A DNA stretch of 51,000 nucleotides from Prevotella sp. (GCA_022774105.1 JALFNY010000012.1:1-51000); one strand, 5' to 3'. Numbered from the stretch's first letter, positions 1 through 9,971 are shown. Program-made: numbers and translations. The notes: generated from the sequence alone by a model not told the origin.

Positions 1-252
1 TGCAATTAATAGCACAGCTCAAACCGAGCATGCTGACATTATAAACAGCTTCATATTTTGTAAAAGAACGATTTACTCTCGTTGGTTGCAACGAGGGAAG
101 TTGTGCATGGGGGAGTACGACAAACCTACCTGAGTAGTTACGTGTAAAGTTACTAAATGTGAAAAACAAAAAAAAAAAACAACGAAGGTTAACAAAAGGC
201 GTAGGCTTTTAACTTTCTTTTGTATTATTGTGTGTGTGATTGTGGTGCGGAT

Positions 253-302
253 GGTGGTGGTGGTTCGTGGCGAGGGTGGTGGTGGTTCGTGGCGAGGGTG
301 GT
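253..302 (-). repeat. 22-bp tandem repeat (about 2.3 copies), probable eroded member of the CAGCACC 22-mer family
   Basis: TTCGTGGCGAG at 264 and 286 (22-bp period); the reverse complement aligns by eye to the arrays at 27272 and 48376 with T>C changes. Confidence 0.7.
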
Positions 303-391
303 GTATAACGTAACAGGCATCTGATTGTTGTTAATCAGATGCCTGTTAGGGTTTGAGGGCTTCTTTGTAAGCAAAGCGGCAGAGCCGAGCG

Positions 392-531
392 GGTTGATAG
401 AATGTGGCGCTGAGACACCACACACAAGGGCCGCGGCGAGCAGTGGGTGTTACTGATTGGTCAATAGAATGTGGCGCAGAGGCACCACACACAAGGGCCG
501 CGGGGAGCAGTGGTCTTACTGATTGGGCAAT
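392..531 (+). repeat. Two direct copies (67-bp period) of a REP-like hairpin repeat
   Basis: ATAGAATGTGGCGC-N5-CACCACACACAAGGGCCGCGG starts at 397 and 464; a third, inverted copy lies at 6939-6986. Confidence 0.85.
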
Positions 532-578
532 GTGAACTAAGGTCTTAGTCCTCGGGTCTTCGACCTCAGGTCTTCACC

Positions 579-2810
579 TTACAACCTCACGAGTGTGCTG
601 CCCATGTTGCCTACTTGCACGGCTATTATGCCTTTGTGTCCGTCTGTTTCTATGCGGTGGTTGGTGGTGTTGGGTGTCAGGGTGACGGTTTTTATCAGTG
701 TTCCTGCTGTGTTATATAGTCGGCAGGTGACGGGTGTGTTGATGGCTTTGTTTAGTGTCACGCTGATTGCTGTTCCGTTGCTGGTTGGTCTCACGATGGT
801 TTGTGTGAGGTGTGTTGTTGACAGTCCTTCTATTGCTGTGAGGTTGAGTATTTCGAGTAGTCCTTTGTATGCGTTTATTTCTCCGTATCCGTATTGATTG
901 TTTGGGTTAGGCAGCAGTGGGTCGTGCTGTTGTGATGTTTTTTCTATTATTTGCATTATTCGTTCTCGTGTCAGTGTGGGGTCTGCTTGCAGCCATAGTG
1001 CTATTGTTCCTGTTACTATTGGTGCTGACATTGATGTTCCTGACTCTACCATGTAGTTGTATTCTCTGCCTGCGTAGGTGGTGGTTGCTGTTCGTGCGCT
1101 TTCTCGGTGACTGATGTCTTTTTCGTAGTAACTGTTGTCTGCTGCTGATATCAGCAGTCCTGGTGCCATGACGTCGGGTTTTGTGATGCCGTGTATTGAT
1201 GGTCCTACGCTTGAGAATGTTGCTCTTTCTCCGTTACTGCCGTAACTATCTGTGCCGTGGTTTTGTCCTTTTGTGTTAGTGTATTTTGTGGTCCATGCTG
1301 TTGCTCCTACTGCTATCACGTTAGGCATTGCTGCTGGTGCTCCAATGGTTGGTCCTGGTTTTGCTCCGGCGAGTGTTATGTCGTTTTGGTCTATTGGCAT
1401 TATTTCTCCGTTATCTATGTATATGTCGGCTTCGGTGTTGTCGCCTGTTATTTCTATGGTGTATTCGTTGCTGGAGAGTTTTTTTGTGCCTTCTGTCAGT
1501 ACTATTCTGTATTCTATATTGCTATTGTCGCTGCTGCATTTGTTGGCGAGCACTTCTATTGTCATACCGTTCAGTATGTTACTGTTGCGGAAGGTGGTGA
1601 TTTGGTTCCATTTCAGTCCGCTTGCGCTTGTAGTGTCCTTGCCGTTTATTACGAAGTCGAGCGGTATTTCCTTTATCTGCTGCGGGTCGTCAGGCATGGT
1701 GTAGTTGCGTATGCGCAGTGTGTTTTTTCCTTTTGTCTTGATGTAGAGGTATATGGATTTTGTGCCTGTGTTGCATTTTATTTGTCCTCCTACGGTGTTG
1801 TTGTCTGTTGTTTTTGTGATGTGGTTGAGCAGTTCGGCCCCGCTGTTGCCGGCTGATGCCACGATTATCTTTCCCGGTCCTGTTATTTCTCCGAGGTATT
1901 CGTTGAGTAGTTGGTCGTTATATATTGATATGTATGGGAATCCTCCGCTGTAGTTTACTACGCATGGTTTTCCATGTTCTTCGGCGTAGGTGAGTATGTT
2001 GTCTATTTCGAGTGCCAAGAATGCTGTGCTGCTGTATTTTCTCATGTTTGCTGGCAGCAGGCTGATGTTGCTTCCGAATATGGCTGTTGCTATGTATATG
2101 TCTGATTCTGGTGCTATTCCTTTGTATGTTGAGCCCCATCCTGAGCCTGATGCTATGCTGGCGGTGTGTGTGCCGTGCAGTTCTGTGTTATAGTCTGCGG
2201 AGTGTTTTTTTTCGTTTATGCTGGTGGTGTCGGTGTATAGTGTTCCTATTGGGAATGGGGATTTGTCGTCGGCCACCTGTCCTGTGGGTATGTCGAGTGC
2301 GTCATACATCATTATTATGCGTTGTCTTCCGTCTGCTGTTGAGCGGAATGTGGGGTGTGATAGGTCGTGTCCGGAGTCGATGTTACCTACTATCACTCCT
2401 GCACCGTTGAAGGCGTGTGGCAGTGGTGTGTTGCCTTGCCATACCTTGTCGGCGCCGATTGTGCTTGCAGCCTTGTCAAGGTATATTTCTTGTGGGGTGA
2501 AGTTGGCTTCCATTCTTGTCACGCGGCTGTCTTCTGACAGTGCTGCGAGGCGGCTGATGGGTATGTTCAGGATGTGTAGGTTGCCGTGGTGTCTGACGCA
2601 GTAGTCTTTTACTGCCGCCTCGTCTCCTTTTACGAATATCATTGTCCGTGTGTCGTTGTCTTTCAGGCTTTGTGCTGTTCCGTTGCTGCTGCTGGCGCTT
2701 TGCGTGCTGCTGACGAGTTGTACCAGTTGTGGTGACATCTTGGTGTAGTTCTGTGCAACGGCTGTCAGTGCCAGTGCAAGGGCTGTTAGGGTGAGGATTT
2801 TCTTTTTCAT
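579..2810 (-). CDS. Secreted S8 (subtilisin-family) serine peptidase with T9SS-type C-terminal domain
   Basis: Signal peptide MKKKILTLTALALALTAVA; catalytic motifs IDSG (Asp), HGTHTASIA (His), SAGNSG (oxyanion Asn), GTSMSAP (Ser); C-terminal LYNTAGTLIK...IIAVQVG tail. Confidence 0.9.
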   Translation of the reverse strand: MKKKILTLTALALALTAVAQNYTKMSPQLVQLVSSTQSASSSNGTAQSLKDNDTRTMIFVKGDEAAVKDYCVRHHGNLHILNIPISRLAALSEDSRVTRMEANFTPQEIYLDKAASTIGADKVWQGNTPLPHAFNGAGVIVGNIDSGHDLSHPTFRSTADGRQRIIMMYDALDIPTGQVADDKSPFPIGTLYTDTTSINEKKHSADYNTELHGTHTASIASGSGWGSTYKGIAPESDIYIATAIFGSNISLLPANMRKYSSTAFLALEIDNILTYAEEHGKPCVVNYSGGFPYISIYNDQLLNEYLGEITGPGKIIVASAGNSGAELLNHITKTTDNNTVGGQIKCNTGTKSIYLYIKTKGKNTLRIRNYTMPDDPQQIKEIPLDFVINGKDTTSASGLKWNQITTFRNSNILNGMTIEVLANKCSSDNSNIEYRIVLTEGTKKLSSNEYTIEITGDNTEADIYIDNGEIMPIDQNDITLAGAKPGPTIGAPAAMPNVIAVGATAWTTKYTNTKGQNHGTDSYGSNGERATFSSVGPSIHGITKPDVMAPGLLISAADNSYYEKDISHRESARTATTTYAGREYNYMVESGTSMSAPIVTGTIALWLQADPTLTRERIMQIIEKTSQQHDPLLPNPNNQYGYGEINAYKGLLEILNLTAIEGLSTTHLTQTIVRPTSNGTAISVTLNKAINTPVTCRLYNTAGTLIKTVTLTPNTTNHRIETDGHKGIIAVQVGNMGSTLVRL

Positions 2811-2911
2811 GTTTATGGTAGTTTAGTTGTTTTTATTGTTGTTTGCGGTTTTGTGGTTTTGGCCTTAGTCATGGGTGTTCACCCTATGTCCTTCGGCTTG
2901 TAACCTTATTC

Positions 2912-5677
2912 TCAGTGTGCTTCCAGCCAGTTTGCTCCCCATCCGCAGTCGGCGGAGAGTGGTACGGCGAGGTGTGCGGCGCCTTGCATTTCTTCTATCA
3001 CTATGCGTTGCACTTGTTCTTTCTCGTTTATGGGCACTGAGAAGTTTAGTTCGTCATGCACCTGCAGTATCATTTTTGCTTTCAGTCCTTCTTTTTTCAG
3101 GCGGTTGTGTATGCGTATCATGGCTACTTTCATTATGTCTGCCGCCGTGCCTTGTATTGGTGCGTTTACGGCGTTGCGCTCGGCGAAGGAGCGCACGGTG
3201 GAGTTGCGTGAGGTGATGTCGGGCAGGTAGCGTCGCCGTCCCATCAGTGTCTCGGCGTAACCGCGTTCTGTTGCTGTGCGTTTGGCTGTTTCTATGTATT
3301 CCATCACCTTTGGGAAGGTGCGGAAGTAGCCGTCTATCAGTTCCTTAGCCTCACGGCGGTCTATCTCCAACCCTTGTGATAGTCCGAAGACGGAGATGCC
3401 GTATATGATGCCGAAGTTTGCGCTTTTGGCTTTGCGTCGCTCGTCTTTTGTGACGTCTTCTATTGCTTTATGGTATATTTTTGCTGATGTGGCGGCGTGT
3501 ATGTCCTGTCCGCTGACAAAGGCTTCTATCATGTTCTCGTCGCCGGAGAGGCTGGCCATGATGCGCAGTTCCACCTGACTGTAGTCGGCTGAGAAGAATA
3601 TCTCGCCGGGTTCTGGTATGAAGCAGCGGCGTATCTCCTTGCCGTCTTCGGTGCGTATGGGTATGTTTTGCAGGTTAGGGTCTGAGGATGACAGTCTGCC
3701 TGTGGCGGTGACACACTGGTTGAAGGAGGTGTGTATGTGCCCCGTGCGTGGGTTTATCAGTTTCGGCAGTGCCTCAACGTAGGTGCCGAGCAGTTTCTTC
3801 AGCCCGCGGTAGGCAAGTATCTTCTCTACTATGGGGTTCTTGCTGCGCAGTTGTTGCAGCACTTCTTCGCTGGTGACATACTGCCCCGTCTTTGTCTTCT
3901 TGGGCTTTTCCACTATCTTCATCTTGCTGAAGAGTATCTCTCCCACCTGCCTTGGTGAGGCGATGTTGAACTCCTCGCCGGCAAGGGTGTATATCTCCTG
4001 CTCCGTCTGCTGTGCTCTTGCTTTCAGTATCTGGCTCACCTCGCTGAGTGTCTGTGTGTCGAGCGTCACGCCGTTCATCTCCATCTCTGCCAGAACGGGT
4101 ACCAGCGGCATCTCCACTTCTTTGAAAAGGCGTGTCGCTCCCTTCTCCTCCAGCAGGGGCTCAAGGGCGTGTTTCAGCCTGAGGGTGATGTCAGCATCCT
4201 CTGCGGCGTAGTCTTTCACGGCGCTGACGGCAACGTCACGCATCGACTTCTGCCCTCGTCCGCGTGGCCCTATGAGTTCTTCTATGTGTATTGTCTTGTA
4301 ACCGAGCAGTGTCTCGGCCATATAGTCCATGTTGTGGTGCAGTTCGGGATTGATGAGGTAGTGCGCCACCATGGTGTCCCACAGTTCCCCACGCACCTCG
4401 ATGCCGTAGCGGCGAAGCACCATGATGTCGTACTTCGCGTTCTGAGCCACCTTCACCGGTCGCTCACTCTCGTATGCCTCGCGGAAACGTTCCACTACCT
4501 TCGTTGCCTCGGGAAGGGTAGGGGGCACGGGGATGTAGTATGCCTCCTTCTCGGTGATGGCAAAACTCAAACCGACAAGTTCTGCGTCTATCGCTACGGT
4601 TGAGGTGGTCTCTGTGTCAAAAGAAAATTCCTCTGCCTGCGCCAAACGACCGCAAAGCACCGTCATATCTTCCTCATTGTCAACGAGTATGTACCTCACC
4701 TCGTCGGAATTAAAACGCTTTTCCGTGGCGTTTTTCACGCTTTCCTGCCCTGCGGTGGGAATTTCTGCAAACAAATCAAGTTGTGTATTAACGCTTTTTT
4801 GCACACGTTTTGGTTTGTTTAGAGTCCTCTCCGCAAAGGCTTTGAACTCCAGTTCTGAGAATATTTCTGCGAGTTTATCCTCATCGGGTTTCTGCACAGC
4901 CATGCTGCCGAGTGCAATATCCACTGGTACGTCGGTGCGTATGGTGGCGAGGAACTTTGACATCTTTATGTCTTCAACCGCTGCCTCCACCTTTTCCTTT
5001 ATCTTGCCTTTCAGTTCTGCGGTGCCTGACAGCAGGCCCTCGATGCTTCCGAACTGCTTTATCAGTTTCGCTGCCGTCTTCTCTCCCACGCCGGGGCAGC
5101 CGGGAAAGTTATCTGACGCATCGCCCATCAGGCCGAGGAGGTCTATCACCTGCGCCGTGCTCTCGATGTCATACTTGGCGCATACCTCCTCAGGGCCCAT
5201 CACCTCATACCCTCCGCCGTGGCGGGGACGGTACATACTGATGCGTTCTGTCACCAGTTGGGCGTAGTCCTTGTCAGGTGTCAGCATATACACCCTCATG
5301 CCCGCTGCCGCTGCCTTACCTGCCACGGTGCCTATTATGTCGTCGGCCTCGTAGCCGTCAACCTGTATCATCGGTATGCGGTAGGCTTCCAGTATGCGTT
5401 TTATGTAAGGTATAGAGAGGCGGATGTCCTCAGGAGTCTCCTCACGCTGAGCCTTGTAGGGTGGGTAAGCCTCGTGGCGGAAGGTGCGGCCGTGGTCAAA
5501 GGCAACGGCGATGTGCGTCGGTTTCTCCTTATGCATCACCTCGTTAAGGGTGTTGCAGAAACCCATGATGGCACTTGTGTTAAGACCTTTCGAGTTGATG
5601 CGAGGAGCACGGATGAGCGCGTAGTAACTGCGATAAATCAGTGCGTAGGCATCTATGAGGAACAGTTTGTCAGACAT
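2912..5677 (-). CDS. polA: DNA polymerase I
   Basis: 5'-3' exonuclease (LIDAYALIYR, EADDIIG), 3'-5' exonuclease (FDTETT, YAAED), polymerase motifs ADYSQVELR, KSANFGIIYG, QVHDEL; 921 aa. Confidence 0.99.
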   Translation of the reverse strand: MSDKLFLIDAYALIYRSYYALIRAPRINSKGLNTSAIMGFCNTLNEVMHKEKPTHIAVAFDHGRTFRHEAYPPYKAQREETPEDIRLSIPYIKRILEAYRIPMIQVDGYEADDIIGTVAGKAAAAGMRVYMLTPDKDYAQLVTERISMYRPRHGGGYEVMGPEEVCAKYDIESTAQVIDLLGLMGDASDNFPGCPGVGEKTAAKLIKQFGSIEGLLSGTAELKGKIKEKVEAAVEDIKMSKFLATIRTDVPVDIALGSMAVQKPDEDKLAEIFSELEFKAFAERTLNKPKRVQKSVNTQLDLFAEIPTAGQESVKNATEKRFNSDEVRYILVDNEEDMTVLCGRLAQAEEFSFDTETTSTVAIDAELVGLSFAITEKEAYYIPVPPTLPEATKVVERFREAYESERPVKVAQNAKYDIMVLRRYGIEVRGELWDTMVAHYLINPELHHNMDYMAETLLGYKTIHIEELIGPRGRGQKSMRDVAVSAVKDYAAEDADITLRLKHALEPLLEEKGATRLFKEVEMPLVPVLAEMEMNGVTLDTQTLSEVSQILKARAQQTEQEIYTLAGEEFNIASPRQVGEILFSKMKIVEKPKKTKTGQYVTSEEVLQQLRSKNPIVEKILAYRGLKKLLGTYVEALPKLINPRTGHIHTSFNQCVTATGRLSSSDPNLQNIPIRTEDGKEIRRCFIPEPGEIFFSADYSQVELRIMASLSGDENMIEAFVSGQDIHAATSAKIYHKAIEDVTKDERRKAKSANFGIIYGISVFGLSQGLEIDRREAKELIDGYFRTFPKVMEYIETAKRTATERGYAETLMGRRRYLPDITSRNSTVRSFAERNAVNAPIQGTAADIMKVAMIRIHNRLKKEGLKAKMILQVHDELNFSVPINEKEQVQRIVIEEMQGAAHLAVPLSADCGWGANWLEAH

Positions 5678-5802
5678 TGTGAAGTGTTTTTGTGTTTTCT
5701 TTTCGATAACAACTTGTAATAAAAAGTTTTATCAGGCTGTAAAATTACTAATATTTTTTTAATTATGCCAACATACATGATTAAAAAACCAAAGTTTTTT
5801 TG

Positions 5803-5810
5803 TAATTTTG
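5803..5810 (+). promoter_or_regulatory. Bacteroidota sigma-A -7 element for ispB
   Basis: TAATTTTG (TAnnTTTG consensus) 16 nt before the ATG, in an AT-rich divergent polA/ispB spacer. Confidence 0.65.
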
Positions 5811-5826
5811 CACATTATTAGACGTT

Positions 5827-6807
5827 ATGAAAGATTATCTATCCATAATACGACAGCCAATAGAAAGGCAGTTGGAAGTGTTTAACACTATGTTCGCCGA
5901 AGCCATGAGCCATGCTGACGGGCAACTGTCAATGGCGCTGGACTATATCCGTCAGCGCAACGGTAAGCGTATGCGGCCAATGCTCATAATGCTCATGGCA
6001 AAAAACTATGGGCAGGTGACGGAGACAACATACCGTGCCGCCCTGGGACTGGAACTGCTGCACACCGCCTCACTGGTACATGATGACATCGTGGACGAGG
6101 CGGCAGAACGTCGTGGGCAGGCCAGCGTCAACGCCGTGTATGACAATAAGGTGGCGGTGCTCGTGGGTGACTACATACTCTCAACGGCCCTGCTGAACGT
6201 CTCAATGACAGGTAACCTCGACATAGTAAACTACCTCGCACGGTTAGGACAGACACTATCAAACGGAGAAATACTACAACTTACCAGCAACGGCTCAGAG
6301 GAGATAAGCGAGAAAGCATACTATGACGTGATAAAAATGAAGACCGCCGCACTCTTTGAAGCATGCTGCACAATGGGAGCCATGTCCGTAACTACCTCAG
6401 AACAACAGATGGAAGAGGCAAGGACATTCGGCCAGCAACTGGGCATGATATTCCAGATTCGCGACGACATATTCGACTATTACGACAACCCCACCATCGG
6501 TAAGCCGACAGGCAACGACATGATAGAAGGAAAACTAACGCTGCCCGTCATTCACGCACTGATGAAAACACAACTAAACGAAATGCTGACGCTCGCAAGA
6601 AAGGTGAAACAACAGGAGGCAACAGCAGAGGAAATAGCACGCCTCGTGGCCTTCACCAAGGAGAACGGAGGCATACAGTACGCCGAAAAAGTGATGGGAG
6701 AACTGCATCAGCAGGCACTGTCATTCATAGAAAACAGGGTAGGGGACAACGAGATAAAACAGGCCCTGACAGCATACCTCGACTTTGTAATAAAGAGGGA
6801 AAAGTGA
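5827..6807 (+). CDS. ispB: Polyprenyl (octaprenyl-type) diphosphate synthase
   Basis: GKRMRP, LVHDDIVD..RRG, KTA, FQIRDDIFD and GKPTGND motifs of trans-prenyltransferases. Confidence 0.9.
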   Translation: MKDYLSIIRQPIERQLEVFNTMFAEAMSHADGQLSMALDYIRQRNGKRMRPMLIMLMAKNYGQVTETTYRAALGLELLHTASLVHDDIVDEAAERRGQASVNAVYDNKVAVLVGDYILSTALLNVSMTGNLDIVNYLARLGQTLSNGEILQLTSNGSEEISEKAYYDVIKMKTAALFEACCTMGAMSVTTSEQQMEEARTFGQQLGMIFQIRDDIFDYYDNPTIGKPTGNDMIEGKLTLPVIHALMKTQLNEMLTLARKVKQQEATAEEIARLVAFTKENGGIQYAEKVMGELHQQALSFIENRVGDNEIKQALTAYLDFVIKREK

Positions 6808-6811
6808 TAAC

Positions 6812-7008
6812 AGTATTTTAGTAGGTTGCTTGCTCGTTTATTTTATTGCTTGCTTAATAGTTTAGTAGGTTGCCTGCCCGTTTTGTAGGTTGGTGGTTTA
6901 GTGTTTTAGCAGGTTGCCCGGTCGTTTATTTTATCAGTTCGCCGCGGCCCTTGTGTGTGGTGCGTCAGCGCCACATTCTATCAACCAAACCACCAACCCA
7001 CCAATCAC
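6812..7008. repeat. Composite intergenic repeat: GT-rich short-repeat arm, REP-like hairpin (6939-6986), AC-rich 8-mer arm
   Basis: Repeated TAGTAGGTTGC-like units at 6818-6917; 46/48 inverted match to 392-439; AAACCACC/AACCCACC units at 6983-7008. Confidence 0.75.
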
Positions 7009-7809
7009 CTACATCTCACTAATCAGCACATCCGCCAGGCGTGAGGTGCCGAGGCGGAACAGGCGATTGTTAAGCCACTCCTCACCAAGCACCTCCTTCA
7101 CTATCGTGTAGTATATCACGGCATCCATGCTCGTATTAATGCCGCCGGCAGGCTTAAAACCTACCCTGCGCCCCGTTTGCTGGTAGTACTCCTTTATGCA
7201 CTGGCACATCACGTAAGCCGCCTCAGGAGTGGCAGAGACAGCCTCCTTGCCCGTGCTCGTCTTGATATAGTCAGCACCAGCGTTCATGGCCAGAAATGAC
7301 GCCTTGCGTATGTTCTCAGGCGTCTTCAAGCACCCCGTCTCAAGGATAACCTTCAACGCTACATCGTCGCCGCATACCGCCTTCATCTCACGTATCTCGT
7401 CCGTCACTCCCTCCTCGTCACCAGAGAGGAAACGCCCTACGGGCATCACCATGTCTATCTCCGTAGCACCGTCCTTGATGGCAAGTGCCGTCTCGGCGAT
7501 TTTCACCTCTAAGAACGTCTGCGAAGAGGGGAAAGACCCACTGACACACGCTATACCCACACCCTCAACGTCAAGACACTCGCTGACGATGCTGGCAAAA
7601 CACGGATAGACACAGATGGTAGCAGGGTGGGGCAGGTCAGGCATCTCGTTGTCCCAACGGTTCACACGCTCTACAAAAGCCATCACTGACTGCTCGCTGT
7701 CAGTGCATTTAAGCGTGGTGAACTCAATGCTGCCAAAGAGAAAACGCTTTACCTCCTGCGTGTCATTCTCTGCCGCTTTCTCGGCAATGATTCTTTTTAA
7801 TTCTTCCAT
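7009..7809 (-). CDS. deoC: Deoxyribose-phosphate aldolase
   Basis: ATICVYP, GATEIDMV, LKVILETG, ADYIKTSTGK, GFKPAGGI, RLGTS motifs. Confidence 0.95.
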   Translation of the reverse strand: MEELKRIIAEKAAENDTQEVKRFLFGSIEFTTLKCTDSEQSVMAFVERVNRWDNEMPDLPHPATICVYPCFASIVSECLDVEGVGIACVSGSFPSSQTFLEVKIAETALAIKDGATEIDMVMPVGRFLSGDEEGVTDEIREMKAVCGDDVALKVILETGCLKTPENIRKASFLAMNAGADYIKTSTGKEAVSATPEAAYVMCQCIKEYYQQTGRRVGFKPAGGINTSMDAVIYYTIVKEVLGEEWLNNRLFRLGTSRLADVLISEM

Positions 7810-7851
7810 TCTTATACTGTTTTATGTTGTGAAAAAAATATTTTCCCTACG

Positions 7852-7930
7852 TAAAAAGCACCTTTTCATGCTGCAAAAAGCACCCTTTCATGCTGCAAAA
7901 AGCCCCCTTTCACGTTGCAATCAGTCCCCT
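7852..7930 (+). repeat. 22-bp tandem array (4 units), last unit overlapping the uvrC stop codon
   Basis: AGCACC/AGCACC/AGCCCC/AGTCCC at 7857, 7879, 7901, 7923; unit about AAAAAGCACCCTTTCATGCTGC. Confidence 0.85.
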
Positions 7931-9795
7931 TGCGAGAAATGCTCGATTAAAATGCGGGCCTTAGCATTGCCTATCACCTCTGTCAACTCCTGCTGACGGT
8001 CGGGTGACAGTGCCGTCTCCCTGATGCGTTTCACGCTCTTGAAAGCACGTAACAAGGCCTCTTTGGCCTTCGGACCAATGCCTTTTATGTCGTCCAACTC
8101 ACTGTGGAGGGCGTGTTTCGAACGCTTCTCACGGTGGAAGGTGATGGCGTAGCGGTGTACCTCGTCCTGCATCTGCGTCAGCATGCGGAACAACTCGCTC
8201 TCAGCCCTCAACTGCACCGTCTGGGGAGGGAAGCCAAACAGCAGTTCGTTGGTGCGGTGACGACTGTCCTTAGCCAGTCCGGCAATGGGAATAGAGAGCC
8301 CCAGAACGTCCTCAACCACCTCACGCACGATGTTCATCTGACCCACACCACCATCGGTAATGATAAGGTCGGGCAGCGTCTGACCGTCGTCCTTCTCCTC
8401 AACGTTACATCCCTCCGAAAAGCGGCGGTAACGCCTTTCCACCACCTCCCTCATGCTGGCGTAGTCATCAGGACCTGTGACACTCTTGATGATGTACCTG
8501 CGGTAGTCTTTCTTCGACGCTTTCATACCCTTATACACCACGCAACCCGCCACGGCATCGCTGCCGGAGATGTTAGAATTGTCAAACAACTCTATCGTGT
8601 AGGGCAACATCTCCAGCCGCAGTTTCTCCTGCAACTCCTTCATCAGACGTGTGTATTTCTGCTCAGGATTGAGTTTGTCAGACTGTTTCAGACGGTCAAA
8701 ACGGTACTGACGGCAGTTCATCTGCGAGAGTTCTAACAGGTGATATTTGTCGCCACGCTGCGGCACAAAGAACGTAGTGTCAGCCATCTCCCAGTCAATC
8801 TCAAACGGAACAATCGTCTCCTTCGCCTTACTGTTAAACCTGCTGCGTATCTCGATTATGGCAGAGAGGAGCACGTCGGCGTCCGTCTCGTCAAGTTTAC
8901 GCTTATATTCATAGGTAAACGACTGGTTTATCGTGCCGTTGGTGACGTGCATATAGTTGACAAAAGCATTGCTCTTAGCGTCATCATCATCAATGCAGAA
9001 CACGTCAACATCATTTATAGTGTGGCTCACCACCTCGCTCTTGGCGCAGAACTGCTCTATCATCACATACTGACGTTTCAGTCCCTCAGCCTCCTCAAAA
9101 CGCAGATTCTCCGCCGCCTCCATCATTCTCTCATATACCGCACGGCTCAACAGACGGGTGTTACCCCTGAGAATCTCCCTCGCCATGCCGATGTTCTGCT
9201 GATACTCCTCCCACGTCTGACAGCCCGCACAGGGCGCACCGCAGTTCTTTATATGATACTCCAGGCAGGGTTTATAACGCCCCTCCTTCACACTGTCCAG
9301 CGTCAGCGGCAGTCGGCACGTCCGGGGTTTGTACAACTTCCTTATCAAGTCAAGCACGGCATACATGGCACCGAGGTTAGAATACGGCCCGAAATACTGC
9401 CCGTACTTCCTGTTTATGTTCCTTGTCTTGAAGATACGAGGGAACGCCTCCCCCGTGATACAGATAGAAGGGTAGGTCTTTCCGTCCTTTAACAATACGT
9501 TATAACGCGGATTATACTTCTTGATAAGAGCGTTCTCAAGTAGCAGGGCGTCCTCTTCGGTGTTGACAACGGTGTAGGTTATGTCCCATATCTTTGACAC
9601 CAGCACCTTTGTCTTGAACCTGTCCACCTCACGATGAAAATAAGATGACACACGCCTTTTCAGGTTCTTAGCCTTGCCAACATATATAATAGTACCAGAT
9701 TCGTCATAATACTGATACGAACCTGGCCTCTCTGGCATACTAAGCACTATGCCTTTAAGACGCTCTAAACGCTCTTCGTTCCCCTTCTTTGTCAT
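7921..9795 (-). CDS. uvrC: Excinuclease ABC subunit C
   Basis: GIY-YIG region (IIYVGKAKNLKRRVSSYF), RNase H-like domain (FDNSN, PDLIITDGG), C-terminal HhH (IKGIGPK); ATG at 9795 preferred over GTG at 9801. Confidence 0.97.
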   Translation of the reverse strand: MTKKGNEERLERLKGIVLSMPERPGSYQYYDESGTIIYVGKAKNLKRRVSSYFHREVDRFKTKVLVSKIWDITYTVVNTEEDALLLENALIKKYNPRYNVLLKDGKTYPSICITGEAFPRIFKTRNINRKYGQYFGPYSNLGAMYAVLDLIRKLYKPRTCRLPLTLDSVKEGRYKPCLEYHIKNCGAPCAGCQTWEEYQQNIGMAREILRGNTRLLSRAVYERMMEAAENLRFEEAEGLKRQYVMIEQFCAKSEVVSHTINDVDVFCIDDDDAKSNAFVNYMHVTNGTINQSFTYEYKRKLDETDADVLLSAIIEIRSRFNSKAKETIVPFEIDWEMADTTFFVPQRGDKYHLLELSQMNCRQYRFDRLKQSDKLNPEQKYTRLMKELQEKLRLEMLPYTIELFDNSNISGSDAVAGCVVYKGMKASKKDYRRYIIKSVTGPDDYASMREVVERRYRRFSEGCNVEEKDDGQTLPDLIITDGGVGQMNIVREVVEDVLGLSIPIAGLAKDSRHRTNELLFGFPPQTVQLRAESELFRMLTQMQDEVHRYAITFHREKRSKHALHSELDDIKGIGPKAKEALLRAFKSVKRIRETALSPDRQQELTEVIGNAKARILIEHFSQGD

Positions 9796-9817
9796 AAACA
9801 CTGATATAAAACATTAA

Positions 9818-9833
9818 TGTTTCACGTGAAACT
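9818..9833. promoter_or_regulatory. parS centromere-like site
   Basis: TGTTTCACGTGAAACT, 15/16 match to the universal parS palindrome TGTTTCACGTGAAACA. Confidence 0.85.
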
Positions 9834-9899
9834 ATTATATTCTAAATTGCCAAATTACAGCCATTTATACGATACTCTCAAGTTTTACTTTAATCAAAT

Positions 9900-9915
9900 T
9901 GTTTCACGTGGAACG
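9900..9915. promoter_or_regulatory. Second parS site
   Basis: TGTTTCACGTGGAACG, matches the tGTTtCAcGTGgAACa variant; 82 bp from the first site. Confidence 0.8.
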
Positions 9916-9932
9916 ATGGTGGCAGGTTGGTT

Positions 9933-9971
9933 GCTTTGTGGCTTTGTTCTTTGTAAGCAAAGCCACAAAGC
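9933..9971. repeat. Perfect 14-bp inverted repeat (hairpin); partial copy at 361-394
   Basis: GCTTTGTGGCTTTG-N11-CAAAGCCACAAAGC; TTCTTTGTAAGCAAAGC is shared with 361-377; may act as a terminator or stabiliser downstream of mnmG. Confidence 0.75.

Noticed and set aside
1-230. Hairpin near 78-96, a 12-A tract near 168-179 and an 11-codon minus-strand ORF
   Set aside because: The context is cut by the window edge; no downstream gene is visible to support a leader, riboswitch or phase-variable promoter call.
595-2604. Many 60-200 aa plus-strand ORFs antisense to the S8 gene, and similar shadow ORFs opposite polA, mnmG, the kinases, feoB, susC and topA
   Set aside because: They overlap well-supported genes and have no motifs; T-poor sense strands contain few TTA/CTA/TCA triplets, so long antisense frames are expected.
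392-6986. Invertible or composite mobile segment bounded by the inverted 48-bp repeats
   Set aside because: It would carry polA and ispB, no recombinase or transposase is nearby, and the repeat also occurs in direct tandem, which fits a dispersed REP-like family better.
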